Shown here piece by piece: positions 48,761 through 59,454 of a DNA stretch of 64,000 bases. The notes beneath the pieces are model-generated. The model was not told where the DNA came from. It ran no database searches and saw nothing but the letters and a program-made list of their open reading frames with translations. Location: the NCBI RefSeq assembly GCF_964213995.1, contig NC_135810.1, positions 67,704,001-67,768,000 of the forward strand, in the 5' to 3' direction. Source of the DNA: Mustelus asterias (taxonomy: Eukaryota). Made by a program: the position numbers and the translations under genes. The first letter of the stretch is position 1, and the number at the start of each line of letters is the position of its first letter.

Positions 48761-51700
48761 GTGGAGCAAATTCTGAAGCCGGAACGCCTTACGCTAGATC
48801 CACGTGCGGTGGGCGCTTCTAACACCTTCGACCACTGGCTGAAGTGTTTCGAAGACTACCTGGCAGCCTCCGCAGCGGTCACCACAGATGATGACAGACT
48901 CCGGGTCCTCCATGCGAGGGTAAGCGACACTGTCTACCTCGCGATCCGTGCGGCCACCGATTATACTAAGGCCCTCGAGCTTCTGAAGAAGCGCTATATC
49001 AAAGCACCCAATGAGATACACGCTCGTTACCTCCTAGCCACTCGACGACGGCAGTCTGGCGAAACGATGGAGGAATATGCAAACGAGCTCCTACAGCTAG
49101 CCAGGGGCTGTGTCTGCAAAGCTGTGTCGGCTGAGCAGAGCATGTACGACCTCGCCCGAGATGCGTTTGTGGCTGGGGTCGGATCGTCGTACATTCGACT
49201 TAAACTGTTGGAGAAGGGTAACCTTAATCTTAACCAGGCCATCAAGTTAGCAGAGATGCTCGAGACGGCCTCCAAAAGCTTAGTATTATATCCGGAGGAC
49301 CATGTGGAGACAACGTGGCAGGAGCAGTCGCTAATCCCTCCTCGTCCCTCGGGTTCGAAATGCTGCGTAATGGCGTGCTCCCACTCGGGCCAGACGACGG
49401 CAGCAGCCCCGGGCGGCCCACGGTGCTATTTCTGTGGGGGAGCGAAGCATACTCGGCAAAAGTGTCCCGCTAAAGCTGTGTTGTGCACCGCATGCGGTAA
49501 AAAAGGCATTATTCAAAAGTGTGCCGATCTAAACCCAGGAATGGCAGTGCGGCCTGCGATTCTTCAGAGCTCGGGCCTTCGTCGTCGAAGTCATCGCGGG
49601 GTTCGTCCACGTGCGAGACCAGGACGACGCCATTACGGTCGACGGAGTCGGAGAGTATGACCACCAGGGGTCGCTGAGTTTGGCGCCCTCACCCACGTGC
49701 GACTCATGGGGGCGGCCATGTTGGTCGACACTGACCACGAACGACCAGCAGGGGTCCTCCTCATCGATTTCAGCTGCCTGCAGTGGCGCTCATGAACCAA
49801 CGGTGGCGTCTATCATCCTGGACCAGGCCAAGCCTCATAGACTTGACAAATCTATGATGAATATCCAGGTAAATGACCACGTGATTTATTGTCTGTTTGA
49901 CAGCGGGAGCACTGAGAGCTTTATCCACCCAGACACTGTGAAGCGTTGTGGACTCCAGATTCAACCTGCCAAACAGACAATCTCTATGGCATCAAGGTCC
50001 CGGTCTGTTGCCGTGCTAGGGAGTTGCGTGGTAACCTTGAAGGTGCAAGGCACAGTTTACGAGCGTTTCAAGCTCCTTGTGTTGCCGTATCTTTGCGCGC
50101 CAATACTTCTCGGACTAAACTTCATGGTCCACTTGAGGAGTGTAATCCTACAGTACGGTGGGCCACTCCCTTCACTGGCAGTGGGAAAACAGCAGCAGCC
50201 TCCAAATTGCCCAACGCGCCCCGCCTGCAGCCTCTCGACGCTGAAGATCACCACACCCTCCTTGTTCCAGAATCTTGTGCCAGGCTACAAGCCCATCGCG
50301 ACTAAAAGTAGGTGTTACAGCGCTGAGGATGGATCTTCATGAGATCTGAGGTTCAGCGGCTCCTCAAAGAAAGGATCATACAACCCAGTGCTAGTCCGTG
50401 GAGAGCGCAGGTCGTGGTGGTCAAGAGCGGGAACAAACCCCGGATGGTCATTGACTACAGTCAGACCATTAACCGATATACGCAGCTGGATGCGTAACCC
50501 CTCCCGCGCATATCTGATATGGTCAATCAGATTGCGGAGTACAGGGTGTTCTCCACCATAGACCTCAAGTCTGCCTACCACCAACTCCCCATTCGCCCAG
50601 AGGACCGACAATACACGGCTTTTGAGGCGGATTGTCGCTTGTATCACTTTCTCAGGGTTCCCTTTGGTGTCACCAATGGGGTCTCGGTCTTCCAGCGTGC
50701 TATGGACCGAATAGTGGACCAGAACGGGCTGCGGGCTACCTTCCCGTACCTGGATAATGTCACCATCTGCGGCCATGACCAGCAGGACCACGACACGAAT
50801 CTCCTGAACTTCCTACGCACTGCATCTCGCCTGAACTTGACCTACAACAGGGAGAAGTGTGTGTTTCGTACGCGCCGTTTAGCCATCCTAGGATACGTGG
50901 TGGAAAACAGGGTCATTGGCCCTGATCCAGACCGTATGCGCCCCCTTTCTGAACTTCCCTTACCTGCTAGTGCAAAAGCACTGAGAAGATGCTTAGGCTT
51001 CTTCTCTTATTATGCGCAGTGGGTTCCCAACTACGCGGATAAAGCCCGTCCGCTCATTAAGTCCACAACTTTTCCCTTAACGCCAGAGGCCCGATTGGCC
51101 TTCGATAAATTGAAAGCCGACATCGCGAAAGCTACGATGCACGCTGTAGATGAGTCCATCCCCTTTCGGGTGGAGAGCGATGCATCTGATTTCGCCCTGG
51201 CCGCCACACTTAACCAGGCGGGCAGGCCCGTCGCATTTTTTTCCCGCACCCTCCAAGGCCCCGAAATGCGGCATTCAGCGGTGGAAAAGGAGGCCCAGGC
51301 CATTGTGGAGGCCGTCAGGCACTGGCGCCATTATTTGGCGGGAAAACGGTTCACCCTGATCACGGACCAGCGGTCCGTGGCGTTCATGTTTAACAACACG
51401 CAGAGGGGCAAGTTCAAGAATGACAAGATCTTGCGGTGGAGAATTGAACTCTCCACCTATAACTACGACATCATGTACCGTCCAGGGAAACTCAATGAGC
51501 CCTCGGATGCCCTCTCGCGTGGAACATGCGCTAGTATACAGGAGGACCGTTTGCACACCCTCCATAATGACCTGTGCCATCCTGGGGTCACTCGGCTCTA
51601 CCACTTTATAAAAGCCTGCAACCTGCCTTACTCGGTGGAGGACGTCAGGTCAGTAACAAGGAGCTGTCGGGTTTGCGCGGAATGCAAACCGCACTTTTAC

Positions 51701-52747
51701 CGACCTGACCGGGCACATTTAGTCAAGGCCACTCGTCCCTTCGAGAGACTGAGTGTCGATTTTAAGGGCTCCCTTCCCTCAACAGATCGGAATGTGTACT
51801 TCCTCAATATCATTGACGAGTACTCTCGGTTCCCTTTTGTTGTTCCCTGCTCTGATACATCCGCTGCCACGGTTATCAAGGCATTCCGTGATCTCTTTAC
51901 CCTGTTTGGGTACCCCGGCTACATCCATAGCGACAGGGGCTCGTCGTTCATGAGCGATGACTTGAGGCAATTCCTGCTCTCCTACGGGATTGCCTCTAGT
52001 AGGACCACGAGCTACAACCCTAGGGGTAATGGACAGGTGGAACGCGAGAATGCTACAGTCTGGAAGGCTGTCTTACTGGCGTTGAAGTCAAAAGGTCTTC
52101 CAGTCTCCCGTTGGCAAGAGGTGCTCCCTGATGCGCTCCATTCTATTCGCTCCCTCCTGTGTACGGCAACCAATGCTACTCCCCACGAGAGGATGTTCTC
52201 ATTCCCTCGGAAGTCTTCCTCGGGGACCTCATTACCGTCTTGGTTGACGTACTCAGGACCCGTCCTCCTGCGGCGACATGTAAGGGCCCGCAAGTCCGAC
52301 CCGTTGGTCGAACAGGTCCATCTCCTCCACGCCAACCCTCAGTATGCCTATGTGGCATACCCTGACGGGCGAGAGGACACGGTCTCGATCCGAGACCTGA
52401 CGCCAGCAGGGGACGTAGCAACCCCTGTCACTCCCATAGCCCCTGTAACAAACCCTTTATCTCTTGTTTCTTCCCCGGACACGGCGCGGGCAGCATCGGG
52501 ACCATTGCTTAACCATTTTACTCCCATGTACAGCTTGCCTGAGCCCAGAAGATGGTCGCCACCGCAGGGCGTGTCAGGATCCCATGGACTACCGTCACCT
52601 CAGGGTCAACCGGCCTGTGAGTCCGTGGAAGAACAGCTGGACGCCGCCTTGGGGAGAACGCCACCGCAAGTGCCTACTCCGGTGTCACCGCCGGTATTGA
52701 GGAGGTCACAGCGACGGTGCGGTCCCCCTGACCGTCTGAACTTATAG
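48761..52747 (+). pseudogene. gag-pol: Gypsy gag-pol with few lesions: GTG at the likely start, frameshifts at ~49505 and ~50331, TAA at 50495
   Basis: Two CCHC knuckles (CYFCGGAKHTRQKC; CTACGKK/HYSKVC); PR LFDSGS; RT IDLKSAYHQ, PFG, YLDN; RNase H ESDASD/EKE/TDQ/DALSR; integrase HHCC, DFKG, SDRG, VERE. Confidence 0.93.
50519..52747 (+). CDS. pol: Uninterrupted 742-aa RT-RNase H-integrase portion of Pol
   Basis: ORF track; motifs listed above. Confidence 0.8.
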   Translation: MVNQIAEYRVFSTIDLKSAYHQLPIRPEDRQYTAFEADCRLYHFLRVPFGVTNGVSVFQRAMDRIVDQNGLRATFPYLDNVTICGHDQQDHDTNLLNFLRTASRLNLTYNREKCVFRTRRLAILGYVVENRVIGPDPDRMRPLSELPLPASAKALRRCLGFFSYYAQWVPNYADKARPLIKSTTFPLTPEARLAFDKLKADIAKATMHAVDESIPFRVESDASDFALAATLNQAGRPVAFFSRTLQGPEMRHSAVEKEAQAIVEAVRHWRHYLAGKRFTLITDQRSVAFMFNNTQRGKFKNDKILRWRIELSTYNYDIMYRPGKLNEPSDALSRGTCASIQEDRLHTLHNDLCHPGVTRLYHFIKACNLPYSVEDVRSVTRSCRVCAECKPHFYRPDRAHLVKATRPFERLSVDFKGSLPSTDRNVYFLNIIDEYSRFPFVVPCSDTSAATVIKAFRDLFTLFGYPGYIHSDRGSSFMSDDLRQFLLSYGIASSRTTSYNPRGNGQVERENATVWKAVLLALKSKGLPVSRWQEVLPDALHSIRSLLCTATNATPHERMFSFPRKSSSGTSLPSWLTYSGPVLLRRHVRARKSDPLVEQVHLLHANPQYAYVAYPDGREDTVSIRDLTPAGDVATPVTPIAPVTNPLSLVSSPDTARAASGPLLNHFTPMYSLPEPRRWSPPQGVSGSHGLPSPQGQPACESVEEQLDAALGRTPPQVPTPVSPPVLRRSQRRCGPPDRLNL

Positions 52748-52796
52748 ACTGCTGACACTTTATTCTGTTTTTTGTACCCCGCCGGCCTTTGTTCTC

Positions 52797-52810
52797 AAAG
52801 GAGGGGTGAA
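52797..52810 (+). promoter_or_regulatory. Polypurine tract
   Basis: AAAGGAGGGGTGAA immediately before the 3' LTR. Confidence 0.9.
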
Positions 52811-53126
52811 TGTGGTGAACCATCGTTGGTTCCCACTGGATAGTACTGAGCCAGGGGCTGGCCAGTACTACGAGGATGTACATATGTTACGGTTGGGTTG
52901 TGCTATTGTTGCTGTTGGGGTTAGGGTGGGGTTGTTATACCTTTGTACTGTAGTGTTGTGGCACATCCCAGTCGGGCTCCGCCTCCTGGGAGAGGTATAA
53001 GAGTCCCTGCTCTGGCCGGGACCCCTTCAGTCTGGGATAGTGTATATAAGTTCTGGCAGCTTCGTTACAGTAAATAAAAGCCTTTCATTTACTGAGCTTC
53101 AGGCCTCGTGTTTGAGTAGCGCATCA
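52811..53126 (+). repeat. 3' LTR
   Basis: Direct repeat of 48400-48715, followed by the TSD. Confidence 0.96.
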
Positions 53127-54114
53127 GAGAGACAGAGAGAAATACAGTCAGGTTGGTGTTCCATTCCGTTACCTTCAGACCCTTCCTACACCCCTTGTCC
53201 TCCCAATTCTGGAAGCTGTAAACCCTGCACCTTATCCAGCAATCAGCACTCACTCACATGCCTGAGGCCCTTCTAACCTCATCGTTTGACTGGCCTCCCC
53301 CCTTCAGAATTGCCTGTTGGCTCACGGTTGGTTGTTCCCTCCCTTAATCTCAACATCACAGGGGGTTCTGGCAGGTTGTTTCAAAGCCCATCCCTCATAT
53401 GCAGGGTCAACTGAATACCTGTGTGAACACAGGGCTTTTGCATCCTCTAAGGCAGTCGTTGGGTATTGGCTACAAGGCTCAACACATTCCCTCCTGATGC
53501 CTTGCACTCAACCCATTCTTGATGCATGAGGTTCCAACCCTCTCCTTGACTTTGAGACTGTGGACAGCTGACATTGGTAAGACAAGTTAGACAAGCAGGG
53601 CTCTCAGGAATGTTAGAGGGCACAATTACTTTCTGAGGCACAGGCAGGTGACACACATAAGCACTGTTCATACTCAGGCTTTGTCACCCCGTGATCTAAT
53701 TGCTGTCAAGCTTTCGCACTTAAGACTCCAGGGCAGTCACCGCATTAACTCAAAATACTGCGCGACAGCCCCCTCCTTCCTCATTATTGTCCTGCTTTCT
53801 CTTTCAGGGTCCCATCCAGCCAGCTTTTTAAGGTTGCCTCCTACAATCTCGTCAAATCCTTCCCCCTCACATCATGAGCCCACTCCACTAGATGGCCCAT
53901 TCCCCCAGGCCACAAATGGCTTTAAACTGTGTGCTTATTCTCATTTCTTTGCCACATAGGCAGAAGAATCATTCATGGCAATGAAAAAGTTTTCAAACAG
54001 AGAGACTTCCTCTAGAATCACTTAGGGCAGTCAGCAGCTGTAGAAACCGAAAGCCTTTACTCTCATTATTGGCTCTGATGGGTTTTTAAGAAAGATAGGC
54101 TGCAGAAATTAAAA

Positions 54115-54290
54115 TGAAAGTCATCAAAATCCCAGAGGACTATAGGCTGCTTTCCCCTTTTGAGAGGGAGCTGGTTGATGGTGAATTAACCAGAGGGTTA
54201 CCACACCTTAGGTGAGGGGGAAGGTTGAGAAGGGGGGCCTTCATGAATAACCTCAGCCAATGCAGGAATTGAACCCATGCTGTTGACATA
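54115..54290 (-). mobile_element. tRNA-derived SINE of another family
   Basis: B box GGTTCAATTCC on the minus strand (~54266-54276). Confidence 0.5.
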
Positions 54291-54409
54291 ATAGCGCCTG
54301 GTTGCAGTTTTTAAAAAGTAGTAATTCGCATATGTGTGACATCACACTTGTGGTTGGGAAGATTCAACGAGGTCTGAACATGAAGTTTAAAATTTTTTAA
54401 ATGTATTTG

Positions 54410-54700
54410 TTAATGTAATAATTTGGCTTACATTAACACTGCAATTAAGTTGCTGTGAAAATCCCCTAGTTGCCACATTCCAGCGCCTATTCGGGTGCAC
54501 TGAGGGAGAATCTAGCCTGGCCAATGCACCTAACCAGCACGTCTTTGAGACTGTGGGAGGAAACCGGAGTACGCAGAGGAAACCCACGCAGATGCAGGGA
54601 GAACGTGCAAACTCCACACAGACAGTAACCCAAGCCAGGAATTTAACGTGGGTCCCTGGCGCTGTGAGGCAGAATGCGAACCACTGTCCACCATGCCATC
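54410..54700 (-). mobile_element. V-SINE variant
   Basis: tRNA-like head and V-domain on the minus strand, with a different 3' tail. Confidence 0.8.
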
Positions 54701-55149
54701 TGACTTTAACCTCAGTAATGATGTTAAATGGATTCAAATTCATTCAAATGAGGTTTGCTCCCTTTCTGATCATGATCCAGATTGTGTCAGCAGGGACGGC
54801 CCAGGAACACTGCGATCAGAATTCTTGCCAGTGGTGGTGCAAATCCCGTTGCCTCTCCAAATCCAAATGCCTCTCACGAGAGTTTGTGGCCATTATAGAA
54901 TTTTCGTCAGAGGCGAACAGGCCTTGAGAATCACGCCCAATTTCTAAGTTATACACAGCAGCAAGACCCCAGGTTTGATCTTAGATTTTTAATGCTGTGT
55001 GTTTCCAGCATTTCCCCTTTTTTTGTATTCCAGCACTTGCAATCGTTTTATTTTTAGCTTCAGCCCCATTTGGCCTCAACAGAAGCATCCACGTTAGAAC
55101 TGACCTCATAGTTTAGGTAAAGGAAAAACAGGATTGCAATCAGACTCAA

Positions 55150-56460
55150 CATGGCTTAATGAAATAAACAATTATGTTTGACAAACTTATGAGAGTTTTT
55201 TCAGGATGTAACCAGCAGGGTGGACAAAGGGGAAGCTAAAGTTTGATGTAATGTATTTGGATCTCCAAAAGGCATTTACTGCACAATATTAGACTTCATG
55301 GTGTTGGCATGGATAACTAACTAAAAGGAAACAGGCAGGATAAATGTGGGATTGTTCAGGTTGGCAAACTGTAACTAGCGAGGTGCCGCCAATATCAATC
55401 AGTGCTGGCACTTCAACTACTTACAATGTATATTAATGTCTAAGCTAAAGGGTCAGAGTATATTGTAACCACATTTGCTGGTACTACAAAGATTGGTAGG
55501 AAATCAAGTTGTGAGGGAGACACAAGTTTGCAAAGGATCATAAATAGGTTAAGAGATTGGGTAAAGATTTGGTGTATAATGTGGAAAAATGTGAGCTTCT
55601 CCACTCGGTAGGAAGAATAGAAAAGCAGAATATTATTTCAATGGAGAACAACTACGTAACACTGCAGTAAAGAGAGATCTGGTGCCCCGAACATGAAACA
55701 CAAAAATTAGCATACAGGTACAGCAAGAAGTTAGAAAGGCAAATGGAATGTTGGTCTTTATTGCAAGGGGTTGGAGTGTAAAAGGAGGGTGTCTTGCTAC
55801 AGCTAGACTGGGTGTTGGTGAGAGCACACCTAGAAAGTCCTTCAATATAACAGAAAATGCTGGAAAAACTTAACGGATCTCGCAGTATCTGTGGACAGAG
55901 AAACAGAGTTCGCGTTTTGAGTCCAACATGATTCTTCGACTAAAGTGGGCTATGTTGCAAACAAGAGTCATAATGGACTCAAAACATTAACTTTTTCTTA
56001 CTCTACAGATTCTGCCAGACTGGCTAAGTTTTTCCAGCACTGGAATGAAAGGGTTGTCTTCTGAGGAAAAGTTGAGCCAGTTGTGCCCTTTGCTCATTGG
56101 AGTTTAGAACAATGAGAAGTGATCTTATTGAAACATTTAAGATGAGGATTTGACAAGGTAGATTCTGAGAGGATGTGGGGAATCTAAAAACTAGGGGGAA
56201 CAGTTTCAAAAATAAGTGATCTCCCATTTAAAACAAAGATGAGGAGGAATTTCTTCTTTCAGAGGGGTGTTAATCTTTGGCTTCTCTATCCCAGGGAGGA
56301 GTGGAGGTAGGGTCATTGAATATATTCAACACTGAGTTGGAGAAATTTTTGATCTACAAAGGAGTCAAGGGTTATGGAGTACAGGCAGGAAAGTGCAGTT
56401 AAGGCCATGATCAGATCAGTCATTTGGCCTACTCCTGCTCCTATTTTGTATGTTCTTATG
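55150..56460 (+). mobile_element. Old CR1 LINE fragment interrupted by a Penelope-derived inverted repeat
   Basis: Degenerate CLTNL..FF, YLDLQKAF, FAGTTKIG, LVRAHLE motifs and the 3' tail. Confidence 0.75.
55858..56039. repeat. Imperfect ~78-bp inverted repeat of Penelope pLTR sequence, 26-bp spacer
   Basis: Arms 55858-55936 and 55963-56039 (TGCTGGAAAAACTTA...GTTTTGAGTCCA..ATGA.TCTT). Confidence 0.75.
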
Positions 56461-57410
56461 TATTTATAATTCTTGCTTCTGATCACTATTCAGTTATCCT
56501 TACTGAAAGTGTCTGTGTGAGGATGCCAGATGAGGCCAGGATTAGATTCAGCTGTGATAATTTGTATGGCTGACAAGCCTGCCAGCACTGACCTTCAGGG
56601 CTTCTGACCAATGATCATGATCAGTAGAATCATATCCATGTAATTGAGTAAATGTCTTCAGGAAAATAAGGGAGGAAATGAATTAAACAGAAAAAAATGA
56701 TAGCTTGAAAAGATTAACAGTCGAATTATTTCTGACAGCTAATAAAACGGGTTCCTGATTAAAATCATTGTGGAAAAGTTCAAAATATTCAACTTCATTC
56801 TCAAAACTATGCTCCTCTAATTTTAGTTCTAGTAATCAATATTGCGAAATGAATGGTTAACAAAACTGTATGGTAGGCACCTGCCTCCACTGGAACAGTC
56901 TTCTTAGAACAGGGGAAGCAAAATAAATTTGAGAATAAAATTTAAATACTTGAGAATTTAATTTAGAATTAAAAAGTAGCTAAACTATTTATTGCCAATA
57001 AGAATTTTACATTAACTATGATTGAAGGAATCATTATTAAGGTATGAAGCCTAAAATTCTTAATGCTAGTCTTGAAAACAAAGTAATATTCAGATGTTTG
57101 GATGACTTAATCTCCCACATGAGTTTTTAGAAAGTTGAGCTTTAAAAGAAATAAATGAATTTCATCAACTTATAAAGGAGTACAAAGTGAATGAAAAGGA
57201 TCTGATTAAAATCCCTTTTGGCAACCCAGTGGTACTTGCGTGCGATAAGTTAGCTGATCCCTGACAGTGTAGCAGATGGGACAGCACAGTTGCCTTCAGC
57301 ACTTTAGGCGAGGGAGAAGAAAAATCTGCATTAGTTTCACTCCTGATTCGTATGCAGTAACTTTTTCTGGAAAGAATGTGATCATGAATGACAGATAAGG
57401 ACAAGATCAT

Positions 57411-57638
57411 TGTGGTGGTTTTAAAAGATAGGCTGCAGTCATCAAAGGTTTAAACAAATAAAGAGCTTTATTGAAAGGATGTTAACACTACAGGATGCTA
57501 AGATAGTCTGTGTGTTAGCCTACACAAATGGCAAATGGCATCATTAGTGACATCACATGATCAGTCTCTTAAAATGCCCCATTCCACTGCGAACCTGCGA
57601 GAGAGGAAACACACGAGAAATAACATGAATACACAACA
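57411..57638 (-). mobile_element. Probable solo LTR (228 bp)
   Basis: TGTGGTG...CACAACA ends; flanks ATCAT / GTCAT; TTTATT near the left end. Confidence 0.5.
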
Positions 57639-57882
57639 GTCATGTTCATCTTTGATGCCCTCCCCAGTCAAGTAAAGAATGGACAATCAGTTAAGAAACC
57701 AAATGGCTGCCAGTGCTGGTAAAATCACAAAACAGCAAGAGCCAACACTTGTAGCAGAGAATTAGGCAAACAGATAGAAAATTAGGCTTTAAAGAAGGAA
57801 CATTGTTCAGTTACCCTTTCCAAATGAATTACAGCATGGTTGATCCATGGGTTTAATATTATGTATTTTTTTAAAAAGACAA

Positions 57883-58260
57883 TGGCCGACATTTTCCAGA
57901 TGATTCCACCGGTGGGTTCTTCCAGTCCCGCCAATGGTGACTCACCTGCCATGGCTCCCTCAGTGGTAGAGAGTGTGAACAATGGGAAAACCAGTTGCCA
58001 GTGTTGGTATCGCTGCCGCAAAACATGCCGTGGGGGTGGGAATCCCCACCCAATGTAAAATATCTTGGGCAAGATTTTTCGACCACCCCCCCCCCCCCCC
58101 TCCAAGGTGTGTTTTGCAGTGACGGGGTGACTGCCATTGAACACTGGTGAGACCTTCTGGTCCCACCACTGTCAATGGGTTGTTAGGACCCTCCGCCACT
58201 ACGGAATCTGTGGCAGGAATGGAAGATCCTGCTGGCGGGAACGGCAGGAAAATCCCACCC
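57883..58260. mobile_element. Two adjacent Harbinger-like MITEs
   Basis: ATTTTCC... / ...GGAAAATCCCACCC termini; repeated CCAATGG/CAATGG internal motifs. Confidence 0.5.
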
Positions 58261-58319
58261 CATGTTTACAGCTTAAACAAAATTATATATAATGAGACCT
58301 GGCTGGAGGCATGCACATG

Positions 58320-58905
58320 TTTTGATTTGATTTATTATTGTCACATGTATTAGTACACAGTCAAAAGTATTGTTTCTTGCGCGCTATACAGACAAAGCAA
58401 ACTGTTCATAGAGAAGGAAAGGTGAAAGTGCAGAATATAGTGTTACAGTCATAGCTAGGGTGTAGAGAAAGATCAACTTAATGTGAGGTAGGTCCATTCA
58501 AAAGTCTAATGGCAACAGGGAAGAAGCTGTTCTTGAGTCGGTTGGTACATAACCTCAAACTTTTGTATCTTTTTCCCGACAGAAGAAGGTGGAAGGGAGT
58601 ATGGTTGGGGTGCGTGGGTTCCTTAATTATGCTACCTGCTTTTCCAAGGCAACGGAAAGTGTAGACAGAATCAATGGATGGGAGACTGGTTTGCGTGATG
58701 GACTGGGCTTCGTTCACGGCCCTTTGTAGTTTCTTGTGGTCTTGGACAGAGCAGGAGCCTTACCAAGCTGTGATACAACCATAAAGAATGCTTTCTATGG
58801 TGCATCTGTAAAGGTTGGTGAGGATCGGAGCAGACATGCCAAATTTCCTTAGTCTTCTGAGAAAGTAGAGGCGTTGATGGGCTTTCTTAACTAGTGTCGG
58901 CATGG
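58320..58905 (-). mobile_element. Rex1 LINE 3' fragment
   Basis: Reverse complement of the 255-770 type; ORF 58478-58717. Confidence 0.88.
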
Positions 58906-59296
58906 AAGGATCCATGTAATAAGTATTGTTCACACCTGCCCTTGTGTTTAGTTCTTTCTCCCCAGAGGAAACCGCTGTGAATATATGTGATCATTTTTGT
59001 TTTATTTCTGACTAGCATACCCATACCCCTTATAAGAAATTATACATTATTTTCTCTATTTCCAGCCACCTTCCATTCAAGAAAGAACAAAACATAAAAG
59101 AGGCTAAATTTGTTAGTCCCAAAACTAGGCATGGGGATTGTGATGAGCAATTAACCCACTGCTGTTGACTGCCAATCAAGCAGCATGTGAGCTTCATGCT
59201 GACTATTATTTTAAATGATTTCAGAAATCAGCCAACATAATCCGCATTGTTGATTGACTGGATGCCTGAGCACAGAGCCAATATTGTGAATATTCA

Positions 59297-59440
59297 ACAC
59301 CTTGTCATTCAAAGACATTGCCATTGCCAAATCTCACACTATCAACATCCTGAGGAGTTACCATTGACCAGAAAATGAACTGGACTAGCCATATAAATAC
59401 CGTGACTACCAAAGTAGGTAAAAGACTAGGAATTTAGCCT
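59297..59440 (+). mobile_element. Short CR1/L2-group RT fragment
   Basis: TINIL.GVTIDQKMNWTSHINTV. Confidence 0.55.
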
Positions 59441-59454
59441 TATAAGGGTGGCAC

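Larger units (their letters stand above)
48400..53126 (+). mobile_element. Young full-length Ty3/Gypsy LTR retrotransposon (4.7 kb)
   Basis: 316-bp LTRs (48400-48715, 52811-53126) with TG...CA ends and 2 differences seen; TSD GAGAG; PPT AAAGGAGGGGTGAA; order gag, PR, RT, RH, IN. Confidence 0.97.

Noticed and set aside
49495-49510. Programmed gag-pol ribosomal frameshift at the A-run
   Set aside because: The shift falls inside the second CCHC knuckle (GKKG/HY), which fits a 1-bp deletion or sequencing error better
52380-52747. Chromodomain or env at the end of the Gypsy Pol
   Set aside because: The C-terminus is a Pro/Ser-rich linker ending RRSQRRCGPPDRL; no chromodomain motif and no room for env before the PPT
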